Assembly (NCBI GenBank): GCA_963728655.1
Contig: CAVSLD010000004.1
Location: 113,343-177,342 of the forward strand
Direction of reading: 5' to 3'
DNA: 64,000 bases
Source: an uncultured Iamiaceae bacterium
Lineage (GTDB): Bacteria > Actinomycetota > Acidimicrobiia > Acidimicrobiales > Iamiaceae
Positions 42,634 to 52,140 of the stretch are shown here, in pieces. The notes beneath the pieces are model-generated. The model saw only the letters and a list, made by a program, of their open reading frames with translations, did no database searches and was not told the origin of the DNA. The translations under genes were made by a program, and so were the position numbers. How positions within the stretch are numbered: position 1 is the first letter of the stretch; every line of letters begins with the position of its first letter.

Positions 42634-45063
42634 TCAGGCCTCGGTGGCCCGACGGACGTACTCGGGGCTGCCGGCGAGGGTCGCGGCCAGCGACTCCTGG
42701 GTGAGGTGGCTGCCCAGGGCGGTGGCCCAGTACGTGAGCCCGGCGGGGTCCGGGTCCCGGCGGAGCAGCAGCCGGTACCACGCGGTGACCACGAGGCGGC
42801 GGTGCTCGAGACCGGCGAGGAAGGCATCGGCCATGGCCCGCCGCCCCGCCGCGGTCTCGGCCCGCGGCGCCCACCACGCCGCGCCCCCGGGGTCCGGGGC
42901 CCGCCCCAGCACGCGCTGGTAGACGGCGGCGACGAAGCCCTCGGCCGTGCCGCCCGCCTTGCCGAGGAGCTCGGCGCTGGCGAGGACCTCGGCCTCCACC
43001 TGCTCCCGGGTCGCGGTGCGCAGCTGCTCGGCGCGGTGGGCGCGGGCCTCCGGCGCCGGGAGGCGGTCCAGCACCCGCTGGTAGATCTCGTCGGCCACGC
43101 GGCCCCGCACCTCGGCCGAGCCCAGGAGGGCGGAGGCCAGCCACCGGGCCGAGATCTGGCCGGCGTCGAGCAGGGCGCTCCAGTGCTCCAGGCCGGCGGG
43201 GTCGACCGGTCGACCGAGGACGTCCTGGTAGATGCGGGCCACGAGGGCGGCGGAGGGGGTGGCGGGCGGCACCGCGGTGGCGGTCACGGCACCGACCGTC
43301 GTGGTCGTGGCCGACCCCCCGGCGTTGGTGGCGGTGAGGCTCACGTCGTAGGTCCCCGGCGCCGCGTACCGGTGCCCCGGCGACCGCACCGTCGACGTCG
43401 TGCCGTCGCCGAAGTCCCACCGCCACGCCGTCGGCCCCCCCGTCGACGTGTCCGTGAAGGCCACGTCCAGCGGAGCCGTCCCCGACGCCGGCGCCACCGT
43501 GAACGACGCCACCGGCGCCGCCGGCGGGGCCGGGCGGACGGTGACCGCGCCGGTGCGGGTGGTCGTGCGCGACCCCCCGGCGTTGGTGGCGGTGAGGCTC
43601 ACGTCGTAGGTCCCCGGCGCCGCGTACCGGTGCGCCGGCGACCGCACCGTCGACGTCGTGCCGTCGCCGAAGTCCCACCGCCACGCCGTCGGCCCCCCCG
43701 TCGACGTGTCCGTGAAGGCCACGTCCAGCGGAGCCGTCCCCGACGCCGGCGCCACCGTGAACGACGCCACCGGCGCCGCCGGCGGGGGTGCGGCGCCGAG
43801 GGGGTCCACGTGGGTCCAGTACCGACGGGTGCTGTCGTTGGTGGCCACCACCACCAGCCCGGAGGCCGAGGTCACGTTCTGCTTGGTCGAGGTGGCGTTG
43901 TTGATGTCGGCGCTGCTGGCGTCGGTGAGCACGGGGGTCCCCTTGCCTGCGGGGAAGTCGATGGCGTCGAGGGGCGCGACCTTCTCGTACACCGAGCCGC
44001 CGCTCTGGCCGCTGGTGGCGAACATGTGGACGACCCGGTGCTCGGTGTCGACCACCACGATCGGTCGGGTGTGGCTGTCGGTCGCCCGACCGAACGGGTG
44101 GCTGGTCCAGTGCCCGGTGGTCGGGTCGCGGTCGAGCAGGTGGGTCAGCACGTCGGAGCCGGACGCCGAGGTCTTCACCGCGGCCAGCACCCGCCCACCG
44201 GCATCCTGGACCGCCGCCAGGTTGATGTGGTCGTCGGCGGCGCGGGGCCCGGTGAAGGCGACCTCGGGTGCCGACCAGGCGCCGGGGGCGGCGGCGTCGA
44301 GGTGCTGGGAGAAGAACATCTGCTCGCGGTCCTGGTCGCTCCAGAGGACCCCGATGCGGTCGCTGCGGTAGGCGATCACCGAGGAGATGTCGTCGCTGCT
44401 GGCGCGGGCCGCGCCGGGCAGGGGGAACGGTGACGCCCAGGTCCTGTCGTCGGTGGTGGTGTGGGTGACCTCGACGACGCCGTCCTGGACCCACGTCGCC
44501 CACAGGCGCCCGCCCGGCTCGCGGTCGATGACCAGGGTCTCGGAGCGCACGTCGTTGATGGCCACGGGGAACCCGGCGTCGAGGGCATAGGTCTTGGTGG
44601 CGGCGTCGTACCGGTAGCGACGCAGGAGGGCCGGGTTGCCCGACGCGCTGCTGGACTCGGAGAACACGTGGTTGGCGATGTAGAGGCTCTGTCCGGTCCA
44701 CAGGGCGTCGGAGCGGCTGTTGGGGCGGGTGTCGACCAGGGTCCCGGTGTCGACCCAGCTCCGCCCCCCCACGTCCAGGCGGAAGATGTGGAAGTCCCCG
44801 CTGGCGGCGTCGAACAGGGTCGCCCACCACAGCCCGTCGTTGAACCAGACCTTGCTCTGGGGCTTGGAGCCGCTGGGTGAGCCCGTCGCCCCCTGGAACG
44901 AGGGCCCCTCCCAGCCGACGTCGCCGGGGTCGGCCGCGGCGGGCAGGGCGGGGGCCGAGACCACCCCCACGAACGCGCCGACCAGCACCACCGTCGCCAG
45001 CGCCCGACGCCACCCCACCGCCCGTGGTCCCCCGCGTCGACCGTGCCCTGCGTGCTCCCTCAT
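42634..45063 (-). CDS. Secreted surface protein: shared head domain + 2 PKD + DUF4214-like repeats
   Basis: Signal peptide; SKPQSKVWFNDGLWWA; two WRWDFGDG; repeats YQDVLGRPVDPAGLEHW / YQRVLGRAPDPGGAAWW. Confidence 0.87.
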   Translation of the reverse strand: MREHAGHGRRGGPRAVGWRRALATVVLVGAFVGVVSAPALPAAADPGDVGWEGPSFQGATGSPSGSKPQSKVWFNDGLWWATLFDAASGDFHIFRLDVGGRSWVDTGTLVDTRPNSRSDALWTGQSLYIANHVFSESSSASGNPALLRRYRYDAATKTYALDAGFPVAINDVRSETLVIDREPGGRLWATWVQDGVVEVTHTTTDDRTWASPFPLPGAARASSDDISSVIAYRSDRIGVLWSDQDREQMFFSQHLDAAAPGAWSAPEVAFTGPRAADDHINLAAVQDAGGRVLAAVKTSASGSDVLTHLLDRDPTTGHWTSHPFGRATDSHTRPIVVVDTEHRVVHMFATSGQSGGSVYEKVAPLDAIDFPAGKGTPVLTDASSADINNATSTKQNVTSASGLVVVATNDSTRRYWTHVDPLGAAPPPAAPVASFTVAPASGTAPLDVAFTDTSTGGPTAWRWDFGDGTTSTVRSPAHRYAAPGTYDVSLTATNAGGSRTTTRTGAVTVRPAPPAAPVASFTVAPASGTAPLDVAFTDTSTGGPTAWRWDFGDGTTSTVRSPGHRYAAPGTYDVSLTATNAGGSATTTTVGAVTATAVPPATPSAALVARIYQDVLGRPVDPAGLEHWSALLDAGQISARWLASALLGSAEVRGRVADEIYQRVLDRLPAPEARAHRAEQLRTATREQVEAEVLASAELLGKAGGTAEGFVAAVYQRVLGRAPDPGGAAWWAPRAETAAGRRAMADAFLAGLEHRRLVVTAWYRLLLRRDPDPAGLTYWATALGSHLTQESLAATLAGSPEYVRRATEA
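43312..43787. repeat. Intragenic PKD tandem duplication, period 258 bp
   Basis: 43312-43529 is nearly identical to 43570-43787. Confidence 0.92.
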
Positions 45064-45200
45064 CCCACGACCTCGTCGATCCCCCGTCCCCGGCCGGCGC
45101 GGGCGCGCCGGGCACCCCAGGGTGGCGATCGCGCCCGACGCCGCCCTCCGCCGGGCGAGGGAGCCGCGGTACCGCGACGACGGGACGGGGCCGGGCCCTA

Positions 45201-46094
45201 GTGTCCCGGTCCGTGGACCCCCGGGTGGTGGAGCTGGCGCCGATCATCGAGAGCTTCGGCCTGGGCGCGCCCACCATCCCGGAGGTGCGGGCCCGGTTCC
45301 ACGCCACCGCCTCCCAGATCCCGGCGCCGGAGGGCGTCGAGGTCGAGACCACCACGGTGGCGGGCCTGGTCGCGACCCGCATCCGCCGGGCCGGCGGGTC
45401 CGCCGACGGACGGATCCTCCACCTGCACGGCGGGGCCTACGTCGTCGGCTCGGTGGAGGTGCAGCTGGGCGTGCCCGGCCGACTGGCCCTGGCCACCGGG
45501 TGCGAGGTGGTCTCCGTCGACTACCGGGTGGCACCGGAGGCCCCCCTGCCGGCCGCCACCGCCGACGCCGTGGCCGCCTACCGGACGCTGACCGACGAGG
45601 GCCCCGTCGATGCCATCTCGGGCGACTCCGCCGGTGGGGCCCTGGCCGTGCTCACCGCCGTGGCCCTGCGCGACCTGGGCGTGGCCCCGCCCGCTGCCCT
45701 GCTGGCCTTCTCTCCCTGGACCGACCTGGCCGGCACCTCGGCCCGGCACCGCACCCCCTCGTTCGAGGATGCGGTGCTCCCCCGCGACTTCCTGGCCATG
45801 GCGGCGGAGGCCGCCCTCGGGGGACGGTCCCCCGACGACCCGGAGGTCACCCCGACCGCGGCCGACCTGCGGGGCCTGCCCCCGACGATGGTCCACGTCG
45901 GGGGCGACGAGCTCCTCCTCGGCGACGCGGTGGCCCTGGCCGAGGACCTCGCCGGCAGCGGCGTCGAGGTCGCCCTGCGGTCCTGGCCGGCGATGATCCA
46001 CGTCTTCGTGGCCTACCCCTCCCTGGCCCCGGAGAGCGACGACGCGCTGGCCGAGGCGGCCGCCTTCGTGGCCGCCCACCGCCTGCGCTCCTGA
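45201..46094 (+). CDS. Alpha/beta hydrolase, HSL/GDXG esterase family
   Basis: HGGAY, DYRVAPE, GDSAGG, MIHVF. Confidence 0.92.
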   Translation: MSRSVDPRVVELAPIIESFGLGAPTIPEVRARFHATASQIPAPEGVEVETTTVAGLVATRIRRAGGSADGRILHLHGGAYVVGSVEVQLGVPGRLALATGCEVVSVDYRVAPEAPLPAATADAVAAYRTLTDEGPVDAISGDSAGGALAVLTAVALRDLGVAPPAALLAFSPWTDLAGTSARHRTPSFEDAVLPRDFLAMAAEAALGGRSPDDPEVTPTAADLRGLPPTMVHVGGDELLLGDAVALAEDLAGSGVEVALRSWPAMIHVFVAYPSLAPESDDALAEAAAFVAAHRLRS

Positions 46095-46100
46095 CCGCGC

Positions 46101-46490
46101 TCAGGCCAGGATCTTGGCCTTCATGGCCGCGAACTCGGCGTCGTCGATGTGGCCCTGCTCCTTGAGCTCGGCCAGCGCGGCCAGCTCCGACGCGGGTCCC
46201 CCGGTGCCGGCGACCCCGCGGATGTACTCGTCGGTGGCGGCCTGCTGCGCGGACACGGCCGCGACCTGGCGCTCGGCCATCGAGCCGCCCCGCACCAGCA
46301 GGTAGACGAACACCCCGAGGTACGGGATGGCCAGGACGACCACGATCCAGAGGATCTTGGCCACGCCCCCCATGTCGCGGCTGCGGAAGATGTCGGCGAA
46401 CACCTGGAACACCAGCATGATCCACAGGAAGAAGATGAAGAACCACATGATCGACCACAGGGCCTGACCGGATCCGAACTCTGCCAGCAC
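46101..46490 (-). CDS. PLDc_N + SHOCT small membrane protein
   Basis: DIFRSRDMGGVAKILW...PYLG; C-terminal ELAALAELKEQGHIDDAEFAAMKAKIL. Confidence 0.88.
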   Translation of the reverse strand: MLAEFGSGQALWSIMWFFIFFLWIMLVFQVFADIFRSRDMGGVAKILWIVVVLAIPYLGVFVYLLVRGGSMAERQVAAVSAQQAATDEYIRGVAGTGGPASELAALAELKEQGHIDDAEFAAMKAKILA

Positions 46491-46547
46491 GTGTCCTCCT
46501 CGGGACTCGACGGGCCCCCATCCTCCCGGCCCGCCGTCCGCCGGGGA

Positions 46548-46564
46548 TCACCCCTCAGGGGTGA
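46548..46564. promoter_or_regulatory. TCAC-N9-GTGA operator (TCACCCCTCAGGGGTGA)
   Basis: Palindrome; minus-strand hexamer GAGGAT lies 22 nt away, toward the SHOCT gene. Confidence 0.75.
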
Positions 46565-46588
46565 TCGGGGGGCCGGAGCACCCCGCGA

Positions 46589-46605
46589 TCACTCTGCGGG
46601 GGTGA
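46589..46605. promoter_or_regulatory. TCAC-N9-GTGA operator (TCACTCTGCGGGGGTGA)
   Basis: Second copy, facing gene 46641; TAGAAG lies 23 nt downstream. Confidence 0.65.
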
Positions 46606-46640
46606 GCCCCTCGGGCGCGGCGCTGGAGTAGAAGGTCGGG

Positions 46641-48044
46641 GTGGGCGACGCGACCGATCCGGAGTCCCTGGCCGCCGAGGTCGAGCGCCTCCGGGCCGAG
46701 CGCGACGCCCTCGCCGACCAGGCGGCGCGCCTCGACCGGCGGGTGCACGGCGGCCGGGTGCGGCGGACCGTCGTCGCCGTCCTCGTCGTGGCCTCCACCC
46801 TCTCCTTCCTCGTGGCCGGTGCGGGCTGGTGGGTCAACCGCAACCTGCTCGAGACCGACGTCTGGGTCGAGCGCGTCGGTCCGCTCGCGTCCGACCCCGC
46901 CGTCCAGCGGGCCCTGGCGGCCGAGATCTCCGACCAGGCCCTGCAGGCGATCGATCCGAAGGCACTCTTCGAGAGCGCTCTGCCGGAGCGGGGCCAGGTG
47001 CTCGCCGGGCCGCTCGCCGGCGCCGTGGACTCCTTCGTGCGGGCCCGGGTGGAGGACTTCGTGGCCTCGGACGCCTTCGCCGACCTGTGGGTCCGCCTGA
47101 ACGAGACGGGCCACCGCGACGCCGTCGCCGTGCTGCGGGGCGAGTCCGGCTCGGACCTGGTGGACGTGGGTGACGGGACCGTGACCGTCAGCATCATCCC
47201 CGCCATCGACGCCGTGCTGGCCCGCATCGCCGAGATCAGCCCCGAGATCTTCGGACGCACCGTCACCCTGCCGACCCTCACCGTCGAGGACCTCCCCGAC
47301 GCAGCCCGCGCCAAGATCGGTCAGGCCCTCGGCGTCACCCTGGACGAGGACTTCGGGGTGATCACCGTCTACGACGGCGACGCCCTCAGCACCTCCCAGA
47401 CCGCGCTGAAGGTGTTCGACCGCCTGCTCGTGCCGGCGATCGTGCTCACCGTCCTCCTGGTCCCCCTCACGCTCGTGGTGTCGCGCCGGCGGCGCCGCAC
47501 CGCGCTGCAGCTCCTCGCCGGGTGGGCGTTGGTGCTGGTCCTGCTGCGCCGGGCGTCCCTGCGACTGGTGGGCGACGTCGTCGACCTGGCCCAGATCCCC
47601 GGCAACCGCGCCGCCCTGGAGTCGATCCTGCACGCCTTCGCCGACCCGCTGCTGTCGGCCACCGCGTGGATCCTGGCCGTCCTGGCCGCGCTCGCCGCCG
47701 TCCTGGTGGTCACCGGTCCGTACCCGTGGGTCCGGGCCCTCCGGCGGGGCGTCGCCGGGCTGGCCCGGGGGACGGCGGGCGCGGCGCGAGGAGCCGCCGG
47801 CCGCCTGGGGGAGCAGGGCCGCCAGGACGCCGCCGTGGTCTGGGTGCGACGGCATGCCACCGCCCTGCGCGTCGCCGGTGTCGTGGCCGTGGTCGTCGTG
47901 CTCTGGTGGGGGGACCTCTCGTGGCTCGGCCTGCTCGTCCTCGCCGGCCTCGTCGGCGCCTGGGAGCTCTGGCTGGGCTGGCTGGTCACCGCCTCGGAGG
48001 AGGACCGCACGACCGCCGAGGACGTGCCGTCGACCACGAGCTGA
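46641..48044 (+). CDS. Uncharacterised integral membrane protein with large extracytoplasmic domain
   Basis: N-terminal coiled coil + TM, a long soluble loop, then about 5 further TM helices. Confidence 0.8.
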   Translation: MGDATDPESLAAEVERLRAERDALADQAARLDRRVHGGRVRRTVVAVLVVASTLSFLVAGAGWWVNRNLLETDVWVERVGPLASDPAVQRALAAEISDQALQAIDPKALFESALPERGQVLAGPLAGAVDSFVRARVEDFVASDAFADLWVRLNETGHRDAVAVLRGESGSDLVDVGDGTVTVSIIPAIDAVLARIAEISPEIFGRTVTLPTLTVEDLPDAARAKIGQALGVTLDEDFGVITVYDGDALSTSQTALKVFDRLLVPAIVLTVLLVPLTLVVSRRRRRTALQLLAGWALVLVLLRRASLRLVGDVVDLAQIPGNRAALESILHAFADPLLSATAWILAVLAALAAVLVVTGPYPWVRALRRGVAGLARGTAGAARGAAGRLGEQGRQDAAVVWVRRHATALRVAGVVAVVVVLWWGDLSWLGLLVLAGLVGAWELWLGWLVTASEEDRTTAEDVPSTTS

Positions 48045-48268
48045 CCGCTGGTGTGACCGGGGCGGGTCAGGACGGCACGGGTCCGCGGCGCCCGCCAGCC
48101 ACCCGCAGGAGCGCGACGAAGGTCCACCGGAGCGACGGGGCCCTGAGCGCCGCGGGCGAGTAGCCCGGTGCCGAGGGCGCGATGCGGATCCGGACGGCGC
48201 CGGGGAGGGACCGGAGCTCGACCGGTGGATCGATGCCGGGGACGGCTCGCCCGAGCGAGGCCACGGCG

Positions 48269-49030
48269 TCAGGCACCCGTGGCGATCGGCGCACACCCGC
48301 GCCGATCCCCGTCGATGGCGACGAGGTCGAAGGTGGCGATCACGATGGGCAGGGCGGCCAGGGGCAGGAGCGCCGTCGCCGGGGCGAGGTGGATGAGGGT
48401 GTCCACCGCGTGGTGGCCGGTGTGGAGGAGGGCGACCGTGGCGCCGACGACGACCTGGGGCAGGGCGAAGGCACCGATCGCGATCACCCCGACGCGCCAG
48501 GGGTGGCCGCGCACCAGTGCGCGACTGCGCGCCAGGGCGTCGAGCACCCGCCGGTCCTCCAGGTTGATGACCGGCAGCATCGGCGCCAGCCACGTGGCGA
48601 GGACCAGGCCCGGGACGACGAAGGCGAGGAGACCCGCACCGATGAGCCCGGTGACGAGGACGTCGGCGACGACGAGGCGGGCCCAGGGGAGGCGCCGGAC
48701 GACCTCGCGGGTGCTGGGCGCCGGGTGCCCGTGTCGCGCCGCGGCCACCAGCCGTTCGACCACGCCGGCCAGGAAGTGGTGTGAGAGCGAGCCGTAGATG
48801 GTCAGCAGCACGACGATGCCGACGAAGGAGTCGTGCTCGACGGCGGCTCGCAGCGACGGGGTCACGTGCAGGCCCAGCTCGGCGAGGCCCAACGGGACCT
48901 CGAGGCAGGCCGCCAGCACCAGGAGCGATCGCCAGGCGCCTCGGAACGTCGAGGTGGTCTCCGCGACGATCGAGCCGATCGACAGCGCGGCCCTCACGGG
49001 AGCTGCGCAGGATGGGGGTTCGCCGACCAT
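48269..49030 (-). CDS. Hypothetical membrane protein
   Basis: About 5 TM segments, DALARSRALVRG motif; GGAG RBS. Confidence 0.7.
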   Translation of the reverse strand: MVGEPPSCAAPVRAALSIGSIVAETTSTFRGAWRSLLVLAACLEVPLGLAELGLHVTPSLRAAVEHDSFVGIVVLLTIYGSLSHHFLAGVVERLVAAARHGHPAPSTREVVRRLPWARLVVADVLVTGLIGAGLLAFVVPGLVLATWLAPMLPVINLEDRRVLDALARSRALVRGHPWRVGVIAIGAFALPQVVVGATVALLHTGHHAVDTLIHLAPATALLPLAALPIVIATFDLVAIDGDRRGCAPIATGA

Positions 49031-49243
49031 GTCGATCTCCTCTGGGGTCGGGGCACGTCAGCCGAGGTCGGCGCCTTCGAGCGGCGCGGGTGACGCGACG
49101 TCGGGCAGGCAGGCCATGCGGACGGAGGCGGCGATGCCCCCCAGCGCGGCGAGCAGGGGGCCCAGTCGACCCTGCCGCTGCGCCTCGCACATCGCCCGCG
49201 ACGGGTGGTGGGGGTGAGGACCGGGGCCGCCGCCCGGCTGCGG

Positions 49244-51916
49244 TCAGAGCAGCCCGATGTCGGTGGCCCGGGCCACCGCCGCGTCGCGATCGCTCACCGA
49301 GAGCTTGCGGTAGATGTTGCGGACGTGGGTCTTCATGGTGTTCACGGAGATGTACAGCTCGGCTGCGATCTCGGTGTTGCTCAGGCGGGTGGGCAGGTGC
49401 ACGAGGACGCTCTGCTCGCGCTCGGTGAGGGGCTCGACCATCCCGGCGGCGGCGGCGCGCGCCGCCTGCGGGCTGACGGGCTCGTCGAGGATCGATGCCG
49501 CGAAGGAGTGCGGTCCACCCTGGGCCCCGTCCCGGAGGAGGCGCAGGGCGGTGGGGACGGCCCGGAAGGGCCGACGGAGGCCCTCGGGCTCGGCCCGGGC
49601 CACGGTGTCGAGCAGCACCTCCCGGGCCTCGGCGCCCCGGCCCTCGGCGTCGAGCACCACGACGGTGCGGATGCCGTGCTGGGTCGCGGCTCGGAGGTCG
49701 TCGGGGTGGGGTGACCACGAGTCGAGCACCCGGCGGGCGCCGGCCACGTCGTCGCGGGCCAGGAGCAGGTCGACGTGCGACGCGGTGACCGCCGAGGTGG
49801 CGCCCGCCCGGCGGAGCACGGTCTCGGCCTGCGCCAACCGACCGAGCTGCACCAGCAACCCCAGCTCCAGGGCGTCGCTGGCGGCCGCGAACACGTCGTG
49901 CACGGCGGGGGTGGCGACCGGGCGCCGGAGGGCCTCGAGGCCGGCCCACGGCCCCTCGGTCGCGGCCAGGTGGCGGGCCCGCACCAACCGCTGCAGGCCG
50001 TGGAGGCTGGCCCGACCACTGCGACGGGTGGCCCGCTCTGCGGCCTCCAGGGCCTCGTCCGCGGCACGGCGGTCGCCCTGCTCGAGGGCGATCGACGCCA
50101 CCGCGAGGTGGCTCGCGCCGGCGGCCACGTGGTCGGCGATGCCGCCGTCGCCCGCCACCTCCCGGGCCGCCGCCGCGTGGCGTGCCCCCTCCCGCAGGTG
50201 GCCGGTCCACACCTGGGCGATGCTCAGCCAGCCGTACATGTTGGTGCGCCACGCCGGGTAGCCCAGGGCCGGGAGGCCCAGGAGCTCCTCGAGCCGCGCC
50301 GCCGCCCCGGGCACCCCTCGCTTGACCGCGGCGAGGGCCGCCGAGAACCGGGCGAGGGCCTCCACCGCGTCGATGCCGCCCAGCCCGAGGACCTCGGGCA
50401 TGGCCGAGGCACGGAGGTCGGGCAGCACCGCGACCACGGCGGCTGCGGCTCGCTCCACCTCATCGACCCCCAGGTCGCACTGCACGAAGCAGGAGTAGTA
50501 GGCGTCGGCCGTGGCCTGCTCCTCGGCGCTGAGGTCGGTCCGGGCGCACAGGCGGCGGTAGGTCTCGCGGCCTCCGGTGGCGTCGTCGCTGCCCACCTGG
50601 GCGGCGAGCAGGTTGATCACCACCTCGGCCGAAGCGTCGGGGTGCCGGGTGAGCGCCTTGGTCCAGCGCACGAGGGTCGCCGCCTCGCCCCGCTCGTAGA
50701 GCTGGTGGCCGTGGCGGGCGATCAGCCGGAAGGCACCGTCGTGGTCGCCGGCCGCGAGGAGGTGCTCGACGGCCTCGGCCAGGCGGTCCCGCTCCAGGAG
50801 CCACGCCGCCGCGGCGGCGTGCCGGGCCGCGGCATCGTCGGGGTCCTGGGCGCGGAGGCGCAGGCGCAGGAGGTCGGCGAAGAGGTGGTGGTACCGGAAG
50901 CGGTGCCCGCCCCGGTCGAGCGGGACCAGGAACAGGGACCGGGCCACGACCTCGTCGAGCATCCGGGCCGCGTTGCCGTCGCCGGTGACGGCGTCGCAGA
51001 CCTCCTCGTCGAGCCACTCGAGGACCGAGGTCCGCAGCAGGAACCGACGGACCTCCGGCTCCTGCTGGTCGAGCACCTCGGCGGTGAGGTACTCGGCGAC
51101 GAGGCGGTCGTCGCCGGCGAGGACGTCGATCGCGCCGGTGAGGTCCTCGGCCCCCTTCAGCGCGACCGCGGCCAGCTGGAGCCCGACGGCCCAGCCGTCG
51201 GTCCGCGCCACGAGGGCGGCGCCCTGCTCGTCGGAGAGCGGCTCGCCGGTGACCGCGGCCACCAGGGCGCGCCCCTCCGCCGCATCGAAGGCGAGGTCCG
51301 CACCCCGCAGCTCGACCAGGCGGCCTGCCAGCCGAGCCTGGCGCACGGAGAACCCCGGGTCCCAGCGCGACGTCGCCACGGCACGGGCGTTGAGGGGCAG
51401 TCCGGTGAGGATCCGTCCGAGGTCGTCGGTGACCCCTGGGCCGTCGACGAGGTGGAGGTCCTCGACGACGAGGGCGAGGTCGGCCCCGGCCCGGGCCAGC
51501 CCGTCCAGGAACGCATCGACGAAGGTCGACCCCAGCGCCCCTCCCCCCGACACCACCATCGACTCCACGCCCGGGGCGAAGCCGGGCACCTCGCCGCGCA
51601 CCGCACCCACGAGGTGCCGGGCGCACACGACGGCGTCGGCGTCGGCCTGACCCAGGTGCACGGGGCACAGGTGGGTCTCGGGGGCGGTGGCGGACCACTG
51701 GGCCAGCAGGACCGACTTCCCGGATCCGGCCGAGGCCACGACCAGGCCCAGCCCGCCGGGGCGCACGTCGTCGAGCCGGTCCACCAGGCGGGGCCGCCCG
51801 ACCGCGAAGGGCGGGACCGAGAGCGGTCCCCGGGCGCGCGCCTCCGGTCCGATCTCGATGCCCACGGCGCCAGCCTCCCACCCGACCCCGGTTCCGACAA
51901 GGGTCGCCCCGGTCAC
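49244..51916 (-). CDS. MalT-like large ATP-binding LuxR-family transcriptional regulator
   Basis: Walker A ASAGSGKS, Walker B LVVEDLH, RTDGW, FRYHHLFAD, C-terminal HTH LTEREQ...SVNTMKTHVRNIYRKL. Confidence 0.93.
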   Translation of the reverse strand: MTGATLVGTGVGWEAGAVGIEIGPEARARGPLSVPPFAVGRPRLVDRLDDVRPGGLGLVVASAGSGKSVLLAQWSATAPETHLCPVHLGQADADAVVCARHLVGAVRGEVPGFAPGVESMVVSGGGALGSTFVDAFLDGLARAGADLALVVEDLHLVDGPGVTDDLGRILTGLPLNARAVATSRWDPGFSVRQARLAGRLVELRGADLAFDAAEGRALVAAVTGEPLSDEQGAALVARTDGWAVGLQLAAVALKGAEDLTGAIDVLAGDDRLVAEYLTAEVLDQQEPEVRRFLLRTSVLEWLDEEVCDAVTGDGNAARMLDEVVARSLFLVPLDRGGHRFRYHHLFADLLRLRLRAQDPDDAAARHAAAAAWLLERDRLAEAVEHLLAAGDHDGAFRLIARHGHQLYERGEAATLVRWTKALTRHPDASAEVVINLLAAQVGSDDATGGRETYRRLCARTDLSAEEQATADAYYSCFVQCDLGVDEVERAAAAVVAVLPDLRASAMPEVLGLGGIDAVEALARFSAALAAVKRGVPGAAARLEELLGLPALGYPAWRTNMYGWLSIAQVWTGHLREGARHAAAAREVAGDGGIADHVAAGASHLAVASIALEQGDRRAADEALEAAERATRRSGRASLHGLQRLVRARHLAATEGPWAGLEALRRPVATPAVHDVFAAASDALELGLLVQLGRLAQAETVLRRAGATSAVTASHVDLLLARDDVAGARRVLDSWSPHPDDLRAATQHGIRTVVVLDAEGRGAEAREVLLDTVARAEPEGLRRPFRAVPTALRLLRDGAQGGPHSFAASILDEPVSPQAARAAAAGMVEPLTEREQSVLVHLPTRLSNTEIAAELYISVNTMKTHVRNIYRKLSVSDRDAAVARATDIGLL

Positions 51917-52122
51917 CCGTCGGGCAGCCGCTCGAGCCGCAGCAGCTCCAGGCGGAGGTCCTGGAGGTGGTGGAGCACGCCGTGGAGGGCGGCCTCGTCC
52001 ACCACCGTCCCCTCCAGGCGCACCTCGTCGTCCCCGCTGCCCGCCACCCGGAAGCCGTCCAGCGCGCTCAGGGTGAGGGGCCCGACGGGGCCCTTCACGA
52101 CGATGGCGTAGCGCGCGGGCAC
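51913..52122 (-). CDS. Small conserved hypothetical protein (ACT-like pattern), coupled to the regulator
   Basis: YAIVVKG...DEAALHGVLHHLQDLRLELL; its TGA overlaps the regulator GTG. Confidence 0.75.
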   Translation of the reverse strand: MPARYAIVVKGPVGPLTLSALDGFRVAGSGDDEVRLEGTVVDEAALHGVLHHLQDLRLELLRLERLPDG

Positions 52123-52140
52123 GAGTGCGCGGTCGCCGGG

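Noticed and set aside
49077-49208. Two degenerate operator-like sites upstream of gene 48269-49030
   Set aside because: The 49077 site has no -10. The 49192 site (TCGC-N9-GTGG, TCGACT at 22 nt) is mismatched in both halves; possible but unsupported.
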